Shown: positions 57,814 to 64,000 of the stretch, one piece after another
How positions within the stretch are numbered: the first letter of the stretch is position 1
Layout: each line of letters opens with the position of its first letter
IMG/VR virus record: IMGVR_UViG_3300014494_000005
Coordinates: 186,001 to 250,000 of that record
Length of the DNA stretch: 64,000 nucleotides
Reading direction: 5' to 3' (one strand)
Notes under the pieces: model-generated
Seen by the model: the letters and a program-made list of their open reading frames with translations, nothing else
Database searches by the model: none
What the model was told of the DNA's origin: nothing
Position numbers and translations under genes: made by a program

Positions 57814-57986
57814 GCGATGAAATAATATCACAACTTAAATCTATATGTTATAGTGGTGATTTATCTGATATTGGTAATGAAATTGGTATTGTAATTGCTA
57901 AATATTTTGATAAAGATAATACTGTTGATGATTTCATTCATGGTTTAAAACATGGAATATCATTAACTGATGGAACACATGGTTAA
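57792..57986 (+). CDS. Hypothetical protein
   Basis: 64-aa ORF. Confidence 0.45.
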   Translation: MENFSKISDEIISQLKSICYSGDLSDIGNEIGIVIAKYFDKDNTVDDFIHGLKHGISLTDGTHG

Positions 57987-58009
57987 TATAATAAGTTCTT
58001 TAAAATAAT

Positions 58010-58372
58010 GGGGATGAATGGATTTGACTGTATGTAGAAAAATGATGTAAGCAAGTAGTAGTTGAATCGGACTACTTTTAAAAAGGTTCAAAACAATAAA
58101 TGCAGAAGACATTATGTCTATTCCTACTTCCTTGACAAAAGGAAATAGCGTATTTGTAAAGAGTGCTGAACTTGCAATTGCGTAATAGGAAAAAAATAAA
58201 CAGCAAAAAACTTCCAAGTCAGAAGGGAAGTAAAAACAATTCTGGACAGTTTTGTAGTTGTTCTGGAAAAATACAATTAACATTTTGCTGATTTAGGAAA
58301 ATCAAATAAACTTGTAGAAAACTTATTAATCACATTGCAACACCGGGGAATCGATGCCCCGCATCTCCACCA
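58010..58372 (+). ncRNA. ssrA: tmRNA; tag reading frame AEDIMSIPTSLTKGNSVFVKSAELAIA (58102-58182, stops TAA TAG)
   Basis: GGGGATG...GGATTTGAC 5' end pairs with CATCTCC-A-CCA 3' end with G3:U; ATAAAT-GCA resume context; hydrophobic Ala-ending tag. Confidence 0.93.
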
Positions 58373-58408
58373 AATATTTTTCATCTCCACAGTATTTATA
58401 TTAAAATA

Positions 58409-58960
58409 TTGATGGAGATGAAAAATTTAAAAAAAAGAAAAACTAAATTAATTAAATGCGATAATTGTGGAAATGATTTTGAAAAATCGATATCCGAAAT
58501 AAAAAGAAATAAAAATCATTTTTGTTCATTAAGATGTTCAGCAATCCATCGTAATGATATCAATCGAAAAAATTTTGAAGGATATATAGGAAATCCAAAA
58601 TTTTTAATTGCAAATAATCATAAAGATGAATATACAGGTTTTCGTGATTTTATTAGAAGAGCAAAACAAAGAAATAAATTAGGGAATTTAACATTAATTG
58701 ATTTAAAAGAACAATGGCAAAAACAAAATGGAATTTGTCCTTATACTGGAATACAATTAGAATTGCCAAATTATTCTAAAACAAAAAAATTTTCAATACA
58801 AGAAGCAGCATCTTTAGATAGAATAAATTCAAATAAACCATATGAAAAAGATAATATTGTTTTTGTAAGTACACCAATTAATTATATGAAAAATACGATG
58901 ACAGAAGAAGAAACAATTGCATTTTGTAAAAAAATTGCATTATTTTGGAATAATAAATAA
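58409..58960 (+). CDS. HNH-like endonuclease with N-terminal zinc ribbon
   Basis: CDNCG..FCSLRCS; CPYTG..SLDRINSNKPYEKDNIVFV; GTATTTATA at 58392. Confidence 0.75.
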   Translation: MMEMKNLKKRKTKLIKCDNCGNDFEKSISEIKRNKNHFCSLRCSAIHRNDINRKNFEGYIGNPKFLIANNHKDEYTGFRDFIRRAKQRNKLGNLTLIDLKEQWQKQNGICPYTGIQLELPNYSKTKKFSIQEAASLDRINSNKPYEKDNIVFVSTPINYMKNTMTEEETIAFCKKIALFWNNK

Positions 58961-58961
58961 T

Positions 58962-59048
58962 GGCGAAGTGATGAAATAGGTAGTACATGCAGGTCTTAAA
59001 AACCTGTGAACAGTAATGTTCGTGTGGGTTCGATTCCCATCTTCGCTA
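58962..59048 (+). tRNA. tRNA-Leu(TAA), canonical class II
   Basis: ggcgaag/cttcgct acceptor; caggt-CTTAAAA-acctg; long variable arm. Confidence 0.93.
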
Positions 59049-59092
59049 CGAATAAATTAATTAAAGTATTTATATAAAAACTTATAATAACA

Positions 59093-59257
59093 ATGAATAT
59101 ATTAATTATAAATCAATCAACACCAATTAACTATCCAATAATAATTGTACCTGTTGGTTGTCAATTTAATATACCTAATAGAATAATGTGTAGTGGTGGT
59201 TTTCTTGTTTATAATAAACCATCTGAAAAAATATTAATTAATTATGGCAAATATTAG
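59093..59257 (+). CDS. Small hypothetical protein (54 aa)
   Basis: Read by hand; follows GTATTTATA at 59066. Confidence 0.35.
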   Translation: MNILIINQSTPINYPIIIVPVGCQFNIPNRIMCSGGFLVYNKPSEKILINYGKY

Positions 59258-59360
59258 AAAACCACATCCAAAAGAAGATGATTGTGGATGTGGAAAATCA
59301 GTTAAAATAACTGAAAGAAAAAAAATTGAATATAGACGAATTATAAAGAAAAGAGGATAA
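59244..59360 (+). CDS. Small basic protein with CGCG motif (38 aa)
   Basis: MANIRKPHPKEDDCGCGKSVKITERKKIEYRRIIKKRG. Confidence 0.4.
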   Translation: MANIRKPHPKEDDCGCGKSVKITERKKIEYRRIIKKRG

Positions 59361-59443
59361 CTCCTTGTGATGAAATTGGTAGCACGTGCTCGCCTCAAAA
59401 GCGAGTGCCTTCGGGCGTGTCGGTTCGACTCCGACCAAGGAGA
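59361..59443 (+). tRNA. tRNA-Leu(CAA)
   Basis: ctccttg/caaggag acceptor; ctcgc-CTCAAAA-gcgag; gcc-ttcg-ggc variable arm. Confidence 0.95.
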
Positions 59444-59462
59444 CAAATAGAAGGGAAATTTT

Positions 59463-59957
59463 ATGTATATGGTATTACAGATTCCCATGCGTGAACAGAA
59501 TTATGATTTTGATTGTAGTCTTGCAGTAGCATGGTCGTACTTAAAACATTCTAAAATAAAAGTTGATTATAATACACTTTTAAAAATATCAAAAATTTCA
59601 CCAATTGATGGATTATGTCCAGAAAAATTAGTTATTTTACTAAAAAAATTTGGTTTAGAAACCAATTTAGAAGAACGTAAAAATATTAAATATTTAAAAA
59701 ATCAAATAATTACTAAAAAACCAGTAATTGTTCTTTTACAAGCAAATAAAGAATATAAGAAATCTTGGAAAAATACTTGGACTCACGGACATTATTGCAT
59801 TATATTTGGTTTTGATGACTTTCGGGTATTTATTTATGACCCATATATTGGTGGAATTAAATTATTCGCATATGACCAATTTAATAATCGTTGGCATGAT
59901 GAATGGAATGGTAAAAAATATATTAAGTCAGTAATAATAAAAAATGAAAATTTATGA
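59463..59957 (+). CDS. Peptidase C39-like cysteine protease
   Basis: EQ..DFDCSLA (Gln/Cys), GHYCII.GFD (His), YDP (Asp). Confidence 0.8.
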   Translation: MYMVLQIPMREQNYDFDCSLAVAWSYLKHSKIKVDYNTLLKISKISPIDGLCPEKLVILLKKFGLETNLEERKNIKYLKNQIITKKPVIVLLQANKEYKKSWKNTWTHGHYCIIFGFDDFRVFIYDPYIGGIKLFAYDQFNNRWHDEWNGKKYIKSVIIKNENL

Positions 59958-60118
59958 ATTTTGGATTAAGAAAAAATAGTAAAATAAAATTCAAAGAAAT
60001 ACCTGAAGAAATTGATGAATCTGAAATTGATTTAGATAATCCAGAAGCAATGGAATTAACATGGAAAAGCATTGAATGGTCATTGAAAAAACATAAAGAT
60101 ATAATCTCAAAAATATAA
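59954..60118 (+). CDS. Small hypothetical protein (54 aa)
   Basis: Read by hand; ATGA overlap with the C39 gene. Confidence 0.4.
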   Translation: MNFGLRKNSKIKFKEIPEEIDESEIDLDNPEAMELTWKSIEWSLKKHKDIISKI

Positions 60119-60170
60119 AATATGAAAAAAATTTTGAATTCTTGTAACGCACTAAAGCGTAACAAGAAAA

Positions 60171-60500
60171 ATGGGAAATAAAAATTTAGTAAAAACAACC
60201 ACAAATCGTGGCGAATTCAATCGTGCATATAAATTGCATCTTGAACGAATAGGAAAAATTCATTGTTCATACTGTGGTTTTCATCTTGGTGAAAATAATG
60301 GCAAAAAATGGTATGGTGGAATTATTTACGATGACATGGAAACTTGTCATGGTAAAAGAAAAGGAAATAATACAAGATTTCCAAACTGGAAATTGGTTTC
60401 TAAAAATAGAAAACAATGGATGCGAAAACCAATTAAAATTGTTGAAGAACATAGAATTGGACACAAAAGAACATATGTTGAGATTAAATTCTCAACATAA
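60171..60500 (+). CDS. Hypothetical basic protein
   Basis: CSYCG.H motif; WK..SK.RKQW ending. Confidence 0.5.
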   Translation: MGNKNLVKTTTNRGEFNRAYKLHLERIGKIHCSYCGFHLGENNGKKWYGGIIYDDMETCHGKRKGNNTRFPNWKLVSKNRKQWMRKPIKIVEEHRIGHKRTYVEIKFST

Positions 60501-60503
60501 TTT

Positions 60504-60574
60504 AGCGATGTCATTCAACGGTAGGATATCTCTCTCATAAGGAGCAAATACGAGTCCGATTCTCGTCATCGCTA
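60504..60574 (+). tRNA. tRNA-Met(CAT), probably elongator (Ile2 not excluded)
   Basis: agcgatg/catcgct acceptor with G2-C71, C3-G70, A73; CTCATAA loop; T loop TCCGATT. Confidence 0.8.
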
Positions 60575-60580
60575 CAAATA

Positions 60581-60605
60581 AAAAAATTCGTCATTTGACG
60601 AATTC
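60581..60605. terminator. Terminator hairpin at the end of tRNA operon 2 and the convergent gene
   Basis: aaaaaattcgtca-tt-tgacgaatt. Confidence 0.65.
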
Positions 60606-60625
60606 AGAATTCCAACATGTTTATT

Positions 60626-61072
60626 TTATTGAAAATTTACTTTGCAAGTTTGATTTTTGAAATCAAATTCTAAATCCTTAACATATAATGATTTACCTAA
60701 TATAAGTGAAGTTTTTTCGTTAATAACGAATTTCCATTTAGTTTCTTCGATATTTTTTTGCGATTTTTGTTCTATTTCATCTGAATGAATATTATGCATT
60801 TCCATATTATAAGTTCCTTCAAGTTTTTCTATACTAATAATAAAATTTTCAATACCCATATCATTTAACCAAAATGAAACTTGCCATGTGATTATAATAT
60901 TACTTTCTGTAACATCAGCATCAAATTCTGTTGAAAAACCACTATAATTATAAAAATACACATTTTTTACGAGTTGTTTAAAATTAAAATTATCACCACC
61001 TATAACATATGATTCATTAATTACATTCTTTTCAATTTCTTCATTTACCACTTTTTTTATAGAACTCACCAT
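60626..61072 (-). CDS. Hypothetical protein
   Basis: IKKVVNEEIEKNVINE N-terminus; phage motif at 61088-61096. Confidence 0.55.
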   Translation of the reverse strand: MVSSIKKVVNEEIEKNVINESYVIGGDNFNFKQLVKNVYFYNYSGFSTEFDADVTESNIIITWQVSFWLNDMGIENFIISIEKLEGTYNMEMHNIHSDEIEQKSQKNIEETKWKFVINEKTSLILGKSLYVKDLEFDFKNQTCKVNFQ

Positions 61073-61148
61073 AAAAACACAATTTTATATAAATACTCTA
61101 TGTTTTCTTAAATTTCTTTTATACATTTGCACATATTAAAACAAAAGA

Positions 61149-61178
61149 TTTGTAACATTATTACAAAAAATTCGTATA
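61149..61178 (+). promoter_or_regulatory. Phage promoter motif TTTGTAACA-N15-CGTATA (plus TACATTTG at 61122-61129)
   Basis: Exact motif 8 nt before ATG 61186. Confidence 0.65.
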
Positions 61179-61185
61179 AATTAAA

Positions 61186-62049
61186 ATGGTTTATAATTAT
61201 AATAAACAACATTGTTGGCAATATGATATTAGGTTAAATAATTTAACCAATGATTTAAAACAAGCAAATATAACTCTTGATGAATCGAAAAATTTAAAAG
61301 TATCTGATTTTAAATTTCAATTTGAAGAAAAAGATTTATGTTTTCAAGAAATTAAAAGTTTTATTGAAAAACATGAATGGTTGGGTAGAGTAAGTTTATA
61401 TCCAACACATATTTTTACTGCACGATATAATGGAATTTTAGCAGGTGTAGTAATTATTGATATGCCAAGTGTGTTTTCGAAATTATTGGGAGAAGAAACA
61501 AAAAAGATTGAAAGATTAATAAGCAGAGGTGCTTGTATTAGTTGGTCGCCCAAAAATTTAGGTAGTTCTTTGATTATGTTTGCAATTAATTGGATGGTAA
61601 AAAATACACAATATCGTTTATTTGTTGCTTATTCAGATGTTGAAGCTAAAGAATTAGGCACAATTTATCAAGCATGTAATTTTTATTATTTGGGTAAGAA
61701 ATCTGGTGCAAAAAATCAATATAAAATTGAAACCGGAAGATGGGTATCCGATAGATATTTTAGAGCAAGGTCTGTTTATAAAAGACTTGCAAAAGAAAAT
61801 GAAATTATTTGGCATGATGAATGGCAAAACGGAGATAGTGTAATGTTTGATAAAATGCCGGAAGAAATTGCATTACAAATAAGAAAACTTTCAAAGGACT
61901 ATTTATTGTCCTGTGAAAGTAGAGAAATGAAACCAAAACATAAATATGCATATGTTTTGGGTAAAAATAATACTGAAACAAAAAAATTAAGAAGAATATT
62001 TATAGAAAGAAACAAAATTTATTCATATCCAAAAGAAAGGGGAAATTAA
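61186..62049 (+). CDS. Mom-like GNAT-fold DNA modification protein
   Basis: LAGVV, RLISRGAC..PKNLGS.LI, VAYSD...ELGTIYQACNFYYLG, KHKYAY.L. Confidence 0.7.
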   Translation: MVYNYNKQHCWQYDIRLNNLTNDLKQANITLDESKNLKVSDFKFQFEEKDLCFQEIKSFIEKHEWLGRVSLYPTHIFTARYNGILAGVVIIDMPSVFSKLLGEETKKIERLISRGACISWSPKNLGSSLIMFAINWMVKNTQYRLFVAYSDVEAKELGTIYQACNFYYLGKKSGAKNQYKIETGRWVSDRYFRARSVYKRLAKENEIIWHDEWQNGDSVMFDKMPEEIALQIRKLSKDYLLSCESREMKPKHKYAYVLGKNNTETKKLRRIFIERNKIYSYPKERGN

Positions 62050-62050
62050 A

Positions 62051-63142
62051 GTGAAATTACTTGAAAAAGTTGATTGGAAAATATTAAATAACTATATTGA
62101 TAATAGTCTCATTATAGCAAATAAACACCCAAATTATGAAATTTGGATTTTGAACTATTCAGTAAAAGCTCAATCAAAAAAATTTTGGGACGAATATACT
62201 ATGTCTTGTCGTGGATTGGTTGTTGATGTTGAAGGTAATATTTTAGCACGTCCATTTATGAAATTTAAAAATTATGAAGAATATGATTCTTCTGAAATTG
62301 ATTTATATATGACTCAAGAATTTGAAATATTTGAAAAAGTCGATGGTTCACCTATTATCTTATTTTACTATGCACCACGTATGGAATGGATTGTGGCAAG
62401 TAGAGGTTCATTTATTTCAGAACAATGTATTGAAGCACAAAAAATGATTGATATTAACATATACGATAAATTGAATAAAAATTGTACTTTTTTATTTGAA
62501 GTATTATATCCAGAAAATCGTATTGTTGTTGATTATGGTGATAGAAGAGAACTTGTATTACTTGGAAGAATTGTAACTGAAACCGGAATTGAAGCATATT
62601 ATAATGAATTAGTTGCACAATATTCAAATTATTTTTCAATTGTTAAGAAATATGATATAAATAATATTAAAAATCTTAAAGATTTACAAAAACTTGAAGA
62701 AGAAAATCGTGAAGGATTTGTTGTAAGATTTAAAGATGGTTTTAGAGTTAAAGTTAAGTTTGCAGAATATTGTAGATTACATGTTATTTTAACAAATGTT
62801 TCAAACTTAACAATTTGGGAACATTTAATGAATAATTATGATTTTGATTCATTACTTGACAGAGTTCCAGATGAATTTTATAATTGGTTAAAGAAAACAA
62901 CAAAAATTATACAAACTGATTTTAATGAAATTGAAAGATTGTCATTAAAAGAATTTGTAAGAATTTACCATGTTAATGGAATTACAAATCGTAGAGAATT
63001 TGCTATGGAAGCATTAAAGACAGAATATCGTTCAATATTGTTTAAGTTATATGACAAAAAAAACTACGATGATATTATTTGGAAACAAGTAAGACCCGTT
63101 TACAGCAAACCATTTAAAGATGGTTTTGAATATAGTGTTTAA
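62051..63142 (+). CDS. RNA ligase (T4 Rnl1-like)
   Basis: CRGLVVD..ILARPF.KF.NY; FEKVDGS motif I; FLFEV; EGFVV...KVK. Confidence 0.88.
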   Translation: MKLLEKVDWKILNNYIDNSLIIANKHPNYEIWILNYSVKAQSKKFWDEYTMSCRGLVVDVEGNILARPFMKFKNYEEYDSSEIDLYMTQEFEIFEKVDGSPIILFYYAPRMEWIVASRGSFISEQCIEAQKMIDINIYDKLNKNCTFLFEVLYPENRIVVDYGDRRELVLLGRIVTETGIEAYYNELVAQYSNYFSIVKKYDINNIKNLKDLQKLEEENREGFVVRFKDGFRVKVKFAEYCRLHVILTNVSNLTIWEHLMNNYDFDSLLDRVPDEFYNWLKKTTKIIQTDFNEIERLSLKEFVRIYHVNGITNRREFAMEALKTEYRSILFKLYDKKNYDDIIWKQVRPVYSKPFKDGFEYSV

Positions 63143-63170
63143 AAAGCGAAGAATTTTCTTCGCTTTTTTT
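63141..63170 (+). terminator. Intrinsic terminator
   Basis: aaaaagcgaagaa-tt-ttcttcgcttttttt. Confidence 0.8.
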
Positions 63171-63222
63171 GTATTTATTTGTATTTATTGTAAATGTTAT
63201 TAAGTGAATTAATCGTATAATC

Positions 63223-64000
63223 ATGAATATCATTCAAATAATTAAAGAAGAAGTTAAAAATTATTTAGCTGAATCTAAACAAACAGAACAACAAGCTATT
63301 GCTATTTTAAAAAAAATGGTATAGATGATAATAATATAAATAATTTAATAAATAAATTTCGAGGTATTGATAAGTCAAAAAATCAAATTCTTATTCCTAT
63401 TATGTCTAAAGCATATCTTGAAGTTGGTGATAGAGGATTAAATGATATATTACGTTTATTTACAACAGTATCTGAATTGCTTAATACAAATAAAATTACT
63501 ACACCACAAATATCCGATGTAGGATATATTATTAATAATAAAACATTTTCTAATTATCTAAAATTTGCTGAATTTATTCATGGATTAGAATCTATGTCTA
63601 AAGGTCTCGAACAATGGAAAGGCAAAATTAATGTAGACACCAACGAATCACCAATTTGGGAAGGTAATAACATTAAAATTTATGATGGTAATGATGTTGG
63701 TAAATGTATTCATTATACTACTGGTGCACTTACTGGACAACATTATGGTTTTTGTATTGGGCAACCAGCAAATACTATGTGGCAAAGTTATCGTGATACT
63801 AAAACAAGTACATTTTATTATGTTATTGATAGTAATCGTGATTTAAGTGACCCATTACATATTGTTGTTGTTGATGCTACTGATAGAGGAATTGAATTAA
63901 CTGATGCAAATAATACTACAGGTAATATTGAAAAATATGGTAATAAGATTCAAAGTTATTTTAAATATTTAAAAAATAAAAAAGTTCCAGTAGAAAAATT
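63223..64000 (+). CDS. Hypothetical protein, frameshifted at the A8 run (63309-63316), runs off the window end
   Basis: Frame 0 MNIIQIIKEEVKNYLAESK... stops at 63324; the -1 frame is open from before the A run to the window end. Confidence 0.45.

Noticed and set aside
54177-60540. ORFs overlapping RNA genes or attenuators (54177-54500, 56656-56844, 57963-58283, 59234-59488, 60274-60540)
   Set aside because: Better explained by the tRNA, tmRNA or leader structures they overlap
1-64000. Stop-codon reassignment (code 15 or code 4), as in some gut jumbo phages
   Set aside because: Core genes are full length in code 11, genes end at TAG (e.g. thyA) and TGA (e.g. the GIY-YIG gene), and no suppressor tRNA is present
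1-64000. CRISPR array or diversity-generating retroelement
   Set aside because: No regularly spaced repeat-spacer series and no reverse transcriptase seen

Overview
Very AT-rich 64 kb segment of a large T4-like (myovirus/jumbo) phage genome read with the standard code. Several features point to a Bacteroidota host: TTTG-N19-TAnnTTTG promoters, no obvious Shine-Dalgarno sequences, a Bacteroidota-type lipoprotein and a SiaC/DUF1987 gene. 1-51.8 kb is the virion module: sheath, tail/neck proteins, MCP, scaffold, intein-containing prohead protease, portal, and a terminase fractured by an atypically split intein with an endonuclease between the halves. Nucleotide-metabolism genes and homing endonucleases are interspersed. 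52-60.6 kb holds 15 tRNAs and a tmRNA in two operons, followed by a Mom-like GNAT gene and an RNA ligase. Main discovery: each tRNA operon is preceded by a host-type promoter, a short leader ORF, an antiterminator and an intrinsic terminator. The leader codons match the anticodons of the downstream tRNAs (Pro/His/Gln leader before tRNA-Pro/His/Gln; Asp/Glu/Val/Leu/Ala/Trp/Met leader before those tRNAs). This looks like ribosome-mediated attenuation that switches on phage tRNAs when the matching host tRNAs run out. Protein family calls come from motif recognition by eye; no database searches or folding programs were run.
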